Source: Oscillospiraceae bacterium
Lineage (GTDB): Bacteria > Bacillota > Clostridia > Oscillospirales > CAG-272
Direction of reading: 5' to 3'
Assembly (NCBI GenBank): GCA_015064245.1
Contig: SVSQ01000001.1
Span: forward strand, 11,433 to 75,432
DNA: 64,000 bases
Shown: in pieces, positions 54,404 through 63,598 of the stretch
Position numbering within the stretch: position 1 is the first letter of the stretch
How the letters are laid out: each line of letters begins with the position of its first letter
Notes under the pieces: generated by a model
What the model was told of the DNA's origin: nothing
Seen by the model: the letters and a program-made list of their open reading frames with translations, nothing else
Databases searched by the model: none
Made by a program: the position numbers and the translations under genes

Positions 54404-54452
54404 TTGATTTCAGCTCGACTGTTTACGCCCTTTATGCTTATGATCTTTATGC

Positions 54453-55499
54453 TCAATCAAAGAATACTGTCTTTCCGGTCTGCGCGGATTCGTAGATCGC
54501 TCTGATGAGACGTACCGCCTTCATAGACTCCTTAGGCATGATCTGGGGATCTCTGTCCTCGATAACAGCGTCTACCATATCCTCTACCTGAGTGACGTGA
54601 CCGTACTTACTGCCGTCGTAGGCGCAAGCGACGCGGTTACCTCTGCCGTATCTGTCCATCATGTCCTCTTCGTCTCTCTCGTCCTGACCTTCGATCTTCC
54701 ACAGCTTGAGAACGTCCGCGTTCACCTCGACCGCGCCCTTTGTTCCGTAGACCTGGATATCCGTGGAAAGTCCGGGATAGCAGCATGTACTTGAGACGAA
54801 AGTAGCCGTCGCGCCGCTCTTGAAGCGGATGATGGACGCCGTAAGGTCCTCAGTTTCGATATCGTGGTTGTTTATGGACATAGTCGACTGGACGCTGACG
54901 GGCTCACCCATGAGCCACTGCATGATATCCAGAGTATGTACCGCCTGATTGATAAGCGATCCGCCTCCGTCCATAGCCCAGGTTCCGTGCCAAGCCTGAG
55001 CGCCCTCGTAGTAGCTCTGCGCTCTGAACCACTTGACCGCAAAGGTTCCGAGGAACACCTTACCCAGCTTACCCGAATCTATCGCCTCTTTGAGAGGCTT
55101 CATTACCGCGTTATTACGGTTCTGGTAGATGCCGCCCGCCTTCTTACCCGTACGGATACGGGCGTCCTCTATCTTCTGCGCAGCCTCAACGGAAATATCG
55201 ATAGGCTTTTCGACCAGGACGTGCTTGCCCGCCTCCATAGCCTTCACCGCGTACTCCGCGTGCATACCGCTGGGCAGACAAATACTTACGATGTCGATTT
55301 CGAGATTTTTCAGCATTTCATCAAAATCCGTATAAGCTAAAACCTCAGGATGCGCATCAGTGACCTTCTGCATCTTTTCGGGAACTATATCGCAGACTGC
55401 GACCAGCTCGCATTTATCGTATCCGAGAGCCGCCTCGACGTGAGCCTTTCCGACTCCGAGTCCCGCTACCGCATAACCTATCTTATTGTTCTTCGTCAT
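54453..55499 (-). CDS. Gfo/Idh/MocA-family NAD(P)-dependent oxidoreductase
   Basis: The N-terminal Rossmann region is IGYAVAGLGVGKAH and the EKP motif is VLVEKPI. Length is 348 aa. Confidence 0.8.
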   Translation of the reverse strand: MTKNNKIGYAVAGLGVGKAHVEAALGYDKCELVAVCDIVPEKMQKVTDAHPEVLAYTDFDEMLKNLEIDIVSICLPSGMHAEYAVKAMEAGKHVLVEKPIDISVEAAQKIEDARIRTGKKAGGIYQNRNNAVMKPLKEAIDSGKLGKVFLGTFAVKWFRAQSYYEGAQAWHGTWAMDGGGSLINQAVHTLDIMQWLMGEPVSVQSTMSINNHDIETEDLTASIIRFKSGATATFVSSTCCYPGLSTDIQVYGTKGAVEVNADVLKLWKIEGQDERDEEDMMDRYGRGNRVACAYDGSKYGHVTQVEDMVDAVIEDRDPQIMPKESMKAVRLIRAIYESAQTGKTVFFD

Positions 55500-55538
55500 A
55501 ACTAAAATTCCTTTCTTACGCTTACCGCGTTTTTTGGA

Positions 55539-56144
55539 CTATATTTCCTGCTGTTGATCCAGAGTCAGATCAAAGGCGGGTAAAAATTTCTCCATAAAAT
55601 ATTCAAGCTCAGGAAGCTCCTTCTTGGTCTCCTCCAGCTTCTCCTCTATTCCTTTTCTCGCGCTGGAAAATTCCGAATTGTTATATTTTTCCTCTTCCAT
55701 ACACTTGATATAGGCGCAAAGTCTGTCCGCCGCCTTCAGCAGACGGTAGCACTCGCTGTCCTTTTCGATATTTTCAAATATTTCTGAAAACCCACTTTTC
55801 AGCTCTACCGGAAGCTTAGCGAGAAGGTTCTCCGTGCTCTGCTCCTCTATCTCCGCGAACTCTTTTCTGATTACGGGGTTGGCGTATTTAACGGGGGTGG
55901 GCATATCGCCCGTGAACACCTCGGGAACGTCGTGGAACAAAGCCATGGTAACGATCTTCCCCGTATCGTAGCTTTTGCCGTACAGCTTGTTTCCGATGAC
56001 TGCCAGCGAGTGGGCTATCATGGCGCATTCCGAGGAATGCTGCGCAAGCGTTTCGGGGAATATGTTGCGCATAAGCCCCCAACGCTGAATATGCTTCTGT
56101 CTGAAAACAAGCGCGTAAAATGAGCTTATATTTTTATCTAACAT
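55539..56144 (-). CDS. HD-domain 5'-deoxynucleotidase (YfbR-like)
   Basis: It has RWGLMRN..ETLAQHS..MALFHDVPEVFTGDMPTPVKY, giving the HD metal-site pattern. Length is 201 aa. Confidence 0.75.
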   Translation of the reverse strand: MLDKNISSFYALVFRQKHIQRWGLMRNIFPETLAQHSSECAMIAHSLAVIGNKLYGKSYDTGKIVTMALFHDVPEVFTGDMPTPVKYANPVIRKEFAEIEEQSTENLLAKLPVELKSGFSEIFENIEKDSECYRLLKAADRLCAYIKCMEEEKYNNSEFSSARKGIEEKLEETKKELPELEYFMEKFLPAFDLTLDQQQEI

Positions 56145-56203
56145 TTCTTTTTTTGTAACCTTTCTGTCCGAAACAATTTTTAGTCAAACTCCATCAATGT
56201 TTA

Positions 56204-56962
56204 TCAAAGCTTTTCAAACTGCGCTCTTACCTCTTTCATCTTACCGCAGCTCATACTGCCCTCGGGACATTTACCTCCGAGGCAGGAAGGTCCCGCGTTT
56301 GCAAACAGTATGGGAGCCGCTTCTCTGCAGAGACGGAGCATCTCCGTCGCCACGGCTCTTATCTCCCACTGAGCGCGTCTGCAGCATCTCTGACGGAAGA
56401 AGTTACGAAGCGAGCGGACGTTCATGGTGACGATCATTCTTGTATCGCAGGCGTTTGGAAGCACGAATCGCGCGTCCTCGTTCGCCGCCTTTTCCGCCGC
56501 CTTTGTTGCGGCTTCCTCGGGCATACCGTCCGCCATCATCTTTTCCTTGCGCGCCTTGACGAGTATTGCTTTGAGTCTTGCGTAATGCTCGGCGTCCTCC
56601 GCCATAGCTCTGTTGAACTCCTCCAGCGCCTCGGGAACGTCTGCGATCTCAGGCGGGGTGATGAAGTCGAATCCGCTCTTATCGACGTATCTCTGGCTCT
56701 GGACTGAAAAGGACGCTATTCTGTGTCTGGTTATCTGAGCGAGAAGGGCTCTTGAAACGCCTTCGATACCGAAGGTAAAGGATGCGTGCTCGACCGGACT
56801 CTCATGACCGAGAGTTTCGAGCATTTCGAGGAAGCTTTCCACCTTTTCTGGAGTCAGCTTATCCATGAGCGTATCTATATCGCTTTTCGCGTAGCAGAGC
56901 TTTGCCGCTGCTGCGACCAGTTTATCGGCGTTTGGAGTATATGCAAGAAGTTCTACTTTCAT
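56204..56962 (-). CDS. thyX: FAD-dependent thymidylate synthase
   Basis: It has the ThyX signature RHRIASFSVQSQRY (RHRxxSxxxxSxR). Length is 252 aa. Confidence 0.9.
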   Translation of the reverse strand: MKVELLAYTPNADKLVAAAAKLCYAKSDIDTLMDKLTPEKVESFLEMLETLGHESPVEHASFTFGIEGVSRALLAQITRHRIASFSVQSQRYVDKSGFDFITPPEIADVPEALEEFNRAMAEDAEHYARLKAILVKARKEKMMADGMPEEAATKAAEKAANEDARFVLPNACDTRMIVTMNVRSLRNFFRQRCCRRAQWEIRAVATEMLRLCREAAPILFANAGPSCLGGKCPEGSMSCGKMKEVRAQFEKL

Positions 56963-56994
56963 AATTATTATTCCTTATCTGAGTTTTCAAGAAT

Positions 56995-57023
56995 ATTCTA
57001 TCATTTTTGAGACTGCTTGTCAA
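56995..57023 (-). promoter_or_regulatory. sigma-A type promoter for thyX
   Basis: The minus strand reads TTGACA - 17 nt - TAGAAT, ~30 nt upstream of the ATG at 56962. Confidence 0.6.
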
Positions 57024-57099
57024 GAGGAATGGGAAAATTGAGTCTATTTTATTATTTTTCGCCACCGTGGCGTTTAGCGTAGATTTGATATTTTTTTAA

Positions 57100-57463
57100 A
57101 TTATTCTTTATGTTGAAGATCCGCATTTTTCTTCCTTCTTTCGCAAAAGAAAGAAGAAAAACGGCTCGCAAAAAGAAGAAAGAAAGACCGTGGTAGCACG
57201 GAAAGGCTCACTTTCATAGGTGCAAAAGGATGTTTGTGCGAACATTTCTACAAAAATGCTCGCCCACGCTTCGCATTTTCGGGGTGTGAGGTGTAGATTT
57301 GCAATTTGAGAAGATTCTATTGTTTGTGGGTTAAATAATGTGCGCTCTTTTTTGAAGGGGAGCACGGACGATTTCCGAAGGAAACACCCAATATTCAAAT
57401 ACGCCGATACCTTTACAGGTGTCGGCGTATTTGAAGTTTTTGCGGAGCTTTTTTCAAAAAGCG
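57100..57463 (+). repeat. dispersed intergenic repeat, copy B (~364 bp)
   Basis: It has the same ordered blocks as copy A. It ends in hairpin tacgccgatacc-tttaca-ggtgtcggcgta and palindrome gcttttttcaaaaagc, directly abutting the purL stop. Confidence 0.8.
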
Positions 57464-57474
57464 ACCGTATCTTC

Positions 57475-60400
57475 CTATTTAAAATACTTCACAGCGGACT
57501 GGAACATTTTCATATCGTATTCGCCGTAGACGTTACGGTAGAGACCGTTACCGATACGCTCGGAGTGACCCATCTTACCGAAAACTCGGCCGTCGGGAGA
57601 GGTGATACCCTCGATAGCGTACATGGAGTTATTGGGATTGAAGTGAATATCGGTGGTGGCGTTGCCGTCGAAATCGACGTACTGAGTAGCGATCTGACCG
57701 TTCTCTGCGAGCTCCTTGATGAAGGCGTCGGGAGCGATAAAGCGTCCCTCGCCGTGAGATATAGCAACGTTATAGACGTCACCTACGTTTGTCTGAGCAA
57801 GCCAAGGAGACTTATTTGAAGCGATCCTTGTGCGAACGATCTTGGACTGATGGCGCGCGATAGTATTGAAGGTAAGGGTAGGACAGTTTTCGTCCGTATC
57901 GATTATCTTACCGTAAGGAACGAGACCAAGCTTGATGAGCGCCTGGAAGCCGTTACAGATACCGCACATAAGTCCGCCGCGGGCGTCGAGCAGGTTGGTG
58001 ACCTCCTCCTTGATAGCCGCTGAACGGAAGAAGGCGGTAATGAACTTACCGGAGCCGTCGGGCTCATCACCGCCGGAGAATCCGCCGGGAATGAATACCA
58101 TCTGAGCGTCCTTAAGCTCGCGGGCGAAGTTCTCAACGCTTCTCTCGATTCCCGCGCCGCTCAGGTTGTTCAGAACCATGATCTTAGCTTCAGCCCCTGC
58201 GTCCATCATAACCTTAGCGGAGTCGAACTCGCAGTTGGTTCCGGGGAACACGGGGATGAGCACCTTAGGCTTTGCGCACTTGACGGCGGGAGCAACTCGA
58301 GTTTCAGCCTTATAGGAGAAGTTCTCGTAGATCTTATTGTCCTTCTTTTCAAGTGTGGGGAATACGCCCTCCAGCTTGCCCTCGTAGAGAGCGTCAAGCT
58401 CTTCGAAGGAAACCGTTTCGTCCCCGCGGGAGATACAACCGTCGTCAGTGAAATAACCGACGGTCATACCCTCGGCATCAGCGTCGACCTCGAGAAGGAA
58501 CGCGCCGTAGCAATAGCTGAATATCGCCTTGTTGCACATAGACTCGTCGTACTTGAAGCCGAGTCCGTTACCGATACACATTTTATATACAGCCTCGGCG
58601 ATACCGCCCATAGTGGGCGTATAAGCCGAATATACCTTGCCTGCGCGCATAAGAGCCGTCACCTTATTAAACGTCTCGATAAGGGAGCTTGCGACGGGCA
58701 GATTGTCCTCGCCGTACTTAGGAGCGATGCAGATGAGCTTATGTCCCGCAGCCTTCGCGTCGTTTGTGATGACCTCATCGGTCTTGCCCGTAGTAACTGC
58801 AAAGGATACAAGCGTAGGCGGAACGTCCAGCTTTTCAAAGGAGCCGCTCATGGAGTCCTTACCGCCGATAGCGGCTATACCAAGCTCTACCTGAGCTCTG
58901 AACGCGCCGAGGAGAGCGGCGAAGGGCTTGCCCCATCTCGCGCCGTCCTTCATGGGCTTTTCAAAGTATTCCTGGAAGGTCAGATATACGTCTTCGTAGG
59001 ACGCGCCTGCCGCGATAAGCTTGGACGCGCTCTCTACTACCGCCAGATAAGCGGAATGGTAAGGAGACTTTTCTGCGATATAGGGGTTATATCCCCAGGA
59101 CATATAGGAGCAGGTATCCGTGTGCTTCTGCTCGACGGAGATCTTATGTACCATAGCCTGGATAGGAGTCTTCTGGTTCTTTCCGCCGAAGGGCATGAGA
59201 ACCGTTCCCGCGCCGATGGTGGAGTCGAATCTCTCGCTCAGACCTCTCTTGGAGCAGACGTTGAGGTCGGAAGCCAGCGCCTTGTAGCCCTCAGCGAAAT
59301 CAGCTACGGGAGCTTTGTCGTAGTCGCATACTGCTGCCGCAGGAGCGACGTTGATGTGCTTTTCAGCTCCGTTGGAGTTCAAGAACTCGCGGGAGATGTC
59401 GATAATGGTATTTCCGTTCCAATGGACGCGGAGTCTGGGCTCTTCGGTAACTCTCGCCACCACGGTAGCCTCAAGGTTCTCGCTGTCTGCAAGAGCCATA
59501 AATCTTTCGATATTTTCCTTTTCGATAACGCAAGCCATTCTTTCCTGAGACTCGGAAATAGCCAGCTCCGTACCGTCAAGTCCCTCGTATTTCTTGGGGA
59601 CTTTATTAAGATCGATGTCAAGACCGTCGGCAAGCTCGCCGATAGCGACGGAAACACCGCCCGCGCCAAAGTCGTTACATCTCTTGATCATTCTGCAAGC
59701 CTCGGCGTTTCTGAAGAGACGCTGGAGCTTTCTTTCCTCGGGAGCGTTACCCTTCTGTACCTCAGCGCCGCAGGTCTCAACTGAGTGAGAGTCGTGCGCC
59801 TTAGAAGAACCCGTCGCGCCGCCGACGCCGTCGCGTCCCGTACGTCCTCCGAGAAGGATAACGACGTCTCCGTCCTCGGGGCACTCACGGCGAACGTTCG
59901 CCTCGGGAGCCGCCGCTATGACCGCGCCGATCTCCATTCTCTTTGCCGCATATCCGGGGTGGTAGAGCTCGTCGACCATACCCGTCGCAAGACCTATCTG
60001 GTTACCGTAAGAGGAGTAACCTGCCGCAGCAGTCTGAACGATCTTTCTCTGAGGAAGCTTACCGGGAATGGTCTCGCTTACGGGAACGGTGGGATCCGCC
60101 GCGCCCGTTACGCGCATAGCCGCGTAAACGTAAGAACGTCCCGACAGAGGGTCACGGATAGCGCCGCCGATACAAGTCGCCGCGCCGCCGAAGGGCTCGA
60201 TCTCGGTGGGGTGGTTATGTGTTTCGTTTTTGAAGAGGAGGAGCCAGGGCTCGTCCTTTCCGTCAACGTTGACCGTCATTTTAACTGTGCAGGCGTTGAT
60301 CTCCTCGCTCTCGTCCAGCTTTTTGAGCTGACCGGTAGCTTTAAGGTACTTGCCTGCGAGAGTGCCGATATCCATAAGGTTGATGGGCTTGGTCCTGCCC

Positions 60401-61164
60401 AGCTTCTTTCTGGTCTCGACGTACTGCTCGTAGGTCTTTGCAAGGAGCTCGTCCTCGAACTTGACGCTGTCTACCGTCGTAAGGAAGGTGGTGTGACGGC
60501 AGTGGTCGGACCAATACGTATCTATCATTCTGATCTCGGTGATGGTGGGATCTCTCTTCTCGGAGATAAAGTACTGCTGACAGAAGGCGATATCGTCGTT
60601 ATCCATAGCGAGTCCCATTGTCTTGACGAAATCTGCAAGTCCCGCCTTATCCAGCTTTGTAAAGCCAACGAGAGTCTCGACCGTCTCGGGGATATCGTAA
60701 ACGGTTTTCAGAGTCTCCTTCTTTTCAAGGGACGCCTCTCTTGCCTCTACGGGGTTGATGACGTACTTCTTGATCTTGTCGATCTCCTCTGCCGTCAGCG
60801 AACCGTAAAGCAGATATACCTTAGCGGTCGCGACAGCGGGCTTCTCGCCGCGGGAGATGATCTGAATACACTGAGATGCGGAATCCGCTCTCTGGTCGAA
60901 CTGACCGGGCAGGTATTCCGTTGCGAAAACGTACGCGCCGTCCGTATCCAGCTCTTCCGTAACTATATCGAGCTGAGGCTCGGAAAGAACGGTCTTGACT
61001 GCGTAGTCGAACATATCCTTTTCAAGATTTTCAACGTCGTAACGGTTGAAAAGGCGAACCTTTTCAAGAGACTTGATCTGAAGCAGGGAAACGAGGTCGT
61101 TTTTCAGACCGTCCGCTTCAAGAGTGAGTCCTTCCTTTTTTTCAACGTATATACGGTAAACCAT
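57475..61164 (-). CDS. purL: phosphoribosylformylglycinamidine synthase, single-chain large form
   Basis: This is a 1229-aa ORF. It has AIR-synthase-like repeats (HNHPTEIEPFGGAATCIGG) and a C-terminal glutaminase domain with GICNGFQ. Confidence 0.9.
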   Translation of the reverse strand: MVYRIYVEKKEGLTLEADGLKNDLVSLLQIKSLEKVRLFNRYDVENLEKDMFDYAVKTVLSEPQLDIVTEELDTDGAYVFATEYLPGQFDQRADSASQCIQIISRGEKPAVATAKVYLLYGSLTAEEIDKIKKYVINPVEAREASLEKKETLKTVYDIPETVETLVGFTKLDKAGLADFVKTMGLAMDNDDIAFCQQYFISEKRDPTITEIRMIDTYWSDHCRHTTFLTTVDSVKFEDELLAKTYEQYVETRKKLGRTKPINLMDIGTLAGKYLKATGQLKKLDESEEINACTVKMTVNVDGKDEPWLLLFKNETHNHPTEIEPFGGAATCIGGAIRDPLSGRSYVYAAMRVTGAADPTVPVSETIPGKLPQRKIVQTAAAGYSSYGNQIGLATGMVDELYHPGYAAKRMEIGAVIAAAPEANVRRECPEDGDVVILLGGRTGRDGVGGATGSSKAHDSHSVETCGAEVQKGNAPEERKLQRLFRNAEACRMIKRCNDFGAGGVSVAIGELADGLDIDLNKVPKKYEGLDGTELAISESQERMACVIEKENIERFMALADSENLEATVVARVTEEPRLRVHWNGNTIIDISREFLNSNGAEKHINVAPAAAVCDYDKAPVADFAEGYKALASDLNVCSKRGLSERFDSTIGAGTVLMPFGGKNQKTPIQAMVHKISVEQKHTDTCSYMSWGYNPYIAEKSPYHSAYLAVVESASKLIAAGASYEDVYLTFQEYFEKPMKDGARWGKPFAALLGAFRAQVELGIAAIGGKDSMSGSFEKLDVPPTLVSFAVTTGKTDEVITNDAKAAGHKLICIAPKYGEDNLPVASSLIETFNKVTALMRAGKVYSAYTPTMGGIAEAVYKMCIGNGLGFKYDESMCNKAIFSYCYGAFLLEVDADAEGMTVGYFTDDGCISRGDETVSFEELDALYEGKLEGVFPTLEKKDNKIYENFSYKAETRVAPAVKCAKPKVLIPVFPGTNCEFDSAKVMMDAGAEAKIMVLNNLSGAGIERSVENFARELKDAQMVFIPGGFSGGDEPDGSGKFITAFFRSAAIKEEVTNLLDARGGLMCGICNGFQALIKLGLVPYGKIIDTDENCPTLTFNTIARHQSKIVRTRIASNKSPWLAQTNVGDVYNVAISHGEGRFIAPDAFIKELAENGQIATQYVDFDGNATTDIHFNPNNSMYAIEGITSPDGRVFGKMGHSERIGNGLYRNVYGEYDMKMFQSAVKYFK

Positions 61165-61281
61165 TTTTTACAGTTCCTTTCGGTTATTATATGCGATGTT
61201 ATTTTCGGATCGGTGATGGAGAACACTCCCAATAATGTAGGGAAAAGCTCCTCATCAAATCCAATTTGTAAGAAAATTAAA

Positions 61282-62547
61282 TCACTTCAGCGCCTTCAAA
61301 GCTCTCTGACCGATATCTTTTCTGCAGTAAGCGTTTGCAAAGCTGATCTGATTAACCTTTGCGTAAGCGGCGTTTATAGCGCCCTCAAGGGTATCGGCGG
61401 TAGCCGTAACGCCCAGAACTCTTCCGCCTGCGGTCTTAAGCTTACCGTCATCGAGCTTAGCTCCCGCAACGTAAACGCTGTCCGCGATCTCCGCGGGAAT
61501 GTCGATCTCAAAGCCGCTCTCGTACTTCTGGGGATAGCCCTTTGAAGCCATAACGACGCAGCAAGCGTGACCGTCCGAGAACTTGACCTCGGTATCCGCA
61601 AGAGTCTCGTTCGTTACTGCCTGCATAACGGTAAGCAGGTCGCTTTCCAGCAGAGGAAGAACTACCTGAGTTTCGGGATCGCCGAAGCGGCAGTTATATT
61701 CAATGACCTTAGGTCCTTTTTCCGTTATCATAAGTCCGAAGTACAGACAGCCCTTGAAGGTCCTGCCCTCGGCGTTCATAGCGTTCATAGTGGGAATGAA
61801 GATCTTCTCCATACATTCCTTTGCAACGCTTTCGGTGTAGTAAGGGTTGGGAGCGACCGTACCCATACCGCCGGTGTTGAGTCCCGTGTCGTTGTCGCCC
61901 GCTCTCTTATGGTCCATAGATGAGACCATGGGCTTCAAGGTCTTGCCGTCGGTGAACGCCAGAACCGATACCTCGGGACCCGTGAGGAACTCCTCGATAA
62001 CGATATTGCTTCCGCTCTCTCCAAAGACCTTGTCCTCCATCATGCTCTTTACCGCGTCAACGGCTGTCTCTCTGTCCTCGGCGATTATAACGCCCTTACC
62101 GAGGGCAAGTCCGTCCGCCTTGATAACTGTGGGCAGGGGCGCGGTCTTGATGAACTCCAGAGCGTCTGAGGGGTTTGTAAACACGTTGTAGTCCGCGGTG
62201 GGAATACCGTATTTCTTCATGAGGTTCTTTGAAAAGACCTTGCTTCCCTCGATTATAGCCGCCGCTTTGTTCGGGCCGAAGCAGGGAATACCGATGGCGT
62301 TCAGCGCGTCGACAGCTCCGAGGACCAGCGGATCGTCGGGAGCAACTACAGCGTAATCTATCTTGTTTTCCTTCGCAAAGGCGACGATGCCGTCTATATC
62401 CTTAGCGCCGATCTGAACGCAGGTAGCGTCCGCCGCAATACCGCCGTTACCGGGGAGCGCGAAGATCTCCTCTACGTTCTTGTTTTCTTTGATCTTTTTG
62501 ATTATTGTATGCTCGCGTCCGCCGCCGCCGACAACTAATATTTTCAT
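61282..62547 (-). CDS. purD: phosphoribosylamine-glycine ligase
   Basis: The ORF is trimmed to MKILVVGGGGREH (ATG at 62547, RBS aaaggaaa). The extra 28 N-terminal codons of the track ORF lie in the hairpin-repeat region. Confidence 0.9.
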   Translation of the reverse strand: MKILVVGGGGREHTIIKKIKENKNVEEIFALPGNGGIAADATCVQIGAKDIDGIVAFAKENKIDYAVVAPDDPLVLGAVDALNAIGIPCFGPNKAAAIIEGSKVFSKNLMKKYGIPTADYNVFTNPSDALEFIKTAPLPTVIKADGLALGKGVIIAEDRETAVDAVKSMMEDKVFGESGSNIVIEEFLTGPEVSVLAFTDGKTLKPMVSSMDHKRAGDNDTGLNTGGMGTVAPNPYYTESVAKECMEKIFIPTMNAMNAEGRTFKGCLYFGLMITEKGPKVIEYNCRFGDPETQVVLPLLESDLLTVMQAVTNETLADTEVKFSDGHACCVVMASKGYPQKYESGFEIDIPAEIADSVYVAGAKLDDGKLKTAGGRVLGVTATADTLEGAINAAYAKVNQISFANAYCRKDIGQRALKALK

Positions 62548-62585
62548 AGTTTTATTTCCTTTTTTATGATACTTGATGTTGGTTT

Positions 62586-62734
62586 GCGGGCGAACACAGT
62601 TCGCCCCTACGAGTTCAGCGTAAGATTTCACCTATCTGTAGGGGAGATCTGCGATCTCCCGTTTGGTATGGGGTTCCCTACGAGTTCAGCGCAGATTTTT
62701 CACCGTATCCGTAGGGGAGACCTGCGGTCTCCCG
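62586..62734. repeat. GTAGGGGAG-hairpin repeat cluster (three hairpins, 71-bp direct repeat period)
   Basis: The three hairpins are gcgggcgaacacagttcgcccctac (62586-62610), gtaggggagatctgcgatctcccg (62638-62661) and gtaggggagacctgcggtctcccg (62711-62734). ccctacgagttcagcg occurs at 62605 and 62676. Confidence 0.85.
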
Positions 62735-62804
62735 TAAAATACACAAGACAACCGTCTTACGCAAATCAAATTTTTGCCTGCGGGGCGTTCCCCGCTTCGT
62801 CTGC

Positions 62805-63428
62805 TTACTTTATATAAACCTTATCGCCCACAACGGTTATCTTACCGTCGCAGAACAGTCTTACCGCCTCGGGCAGTATCTTCCACTCCGCCTCCTCCAT
62901 TATGCGTCTCTGGAGAGTTTCGGGAGTATCGTCCTGCTTTACCTCTACCGCCTTCTGAAGCACGATAGGTCCTGCGTCACATTCGGGGGTGACTATATGT
63001 ACCGTCGCGCCCGAGACCTTAACGCCCTTTGCAAGCGCAGCCTCGTGAACGTGAAGTCCGTAAAAACCCTTTCCGCAGAAGGAAGGGATCAGCGCGGGGT
63101 GAACGTTGAGTATTCTGTTCGGAAACGCCTCGTAGACCTGCTCGTCGATTATGGTGAGGAAGCCTGCCAGCACCACGAGGTCTATGCCCGCGTCCGTCAT
63201 AGTATCCGCAAGCGCCTTGGAATACGCCGCTATGCTTTCGTAGTCCTTGCGGGCGAGGACTCTGCCATCGATACCTGCCTTCGCCGCTCTTTCAAGAGCG
63301 TAAACGCCCGGCTTGGACGCAATAACGAGAGTTATCTTGCCGTCTCCCAGCTCTCCTCTCTTTTCCGCATCGATGAGAGCCTGGAGATTAGTACCGCCGC
63401 CCGATACCAAAACTGCTATTTTTGTCAT
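62805..63428 (-). CDS. purN: phosphoribosylglycinamide formyltransferase
   Basis: It has IAVLVSGGGTNLQALID, NVHPALIPSFCG and a folate-binding D (GATVHIVTPECDAGPI). Length is 207 aa. Confidence 0.9.
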   Translation of the reverse strand: MTKIAVLVSGGGTNLQALIDAEKRGELGDGKITLVIASKPGVYALERAAKAGIDGRVLARKDYESIAAYSKALADTMTDAGIDLVVLAGFLTIIDEQVYEAFPNRILNVHPALIPSFCGKGFYGLHVHEAALAKGVKVSGATVHIVTPECDAGPIVLQKAVEVKQDDTPETLQRRIMEEAEWKILPEAVRLFCDGKITVVGDKVYIK

Positions 63429-63598
63429 AAATATGCTCTTCCTTTCTTACACAAAAGGCGTTTTTCGTTTTCTTGTTCAAAACTCCCTGCTCGTTTAAGA
63501 AGCAAACGAGACAAGGCGTACCGCAACAAGCAAAGCGAAGGCGTAGTTTTACCTACGTCGAGCTGCTTGCGAGGAACAACGCAGTATCGTGAAGCTTA

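Noticed and set aside
54035-54505. 156-aa plus-strand ORF in the long intergenic region
   Set aside because: It is Phe/Leu/Ile-rich from T-runs. It crosses a terminator hairpin and overlaps the 3' end of the Gfo/Idh/MocA gene, and it has no RBS.
57236-57300. Cas12a-like direct-repeat resemblance (tctac ... gtagat) in the dispersed repeat
   Set aside because: Only the 5-nt stem words match, and they are separated by ~45 nt instead of 4-5. The copies are not arrayed and no cas12 gene is present.
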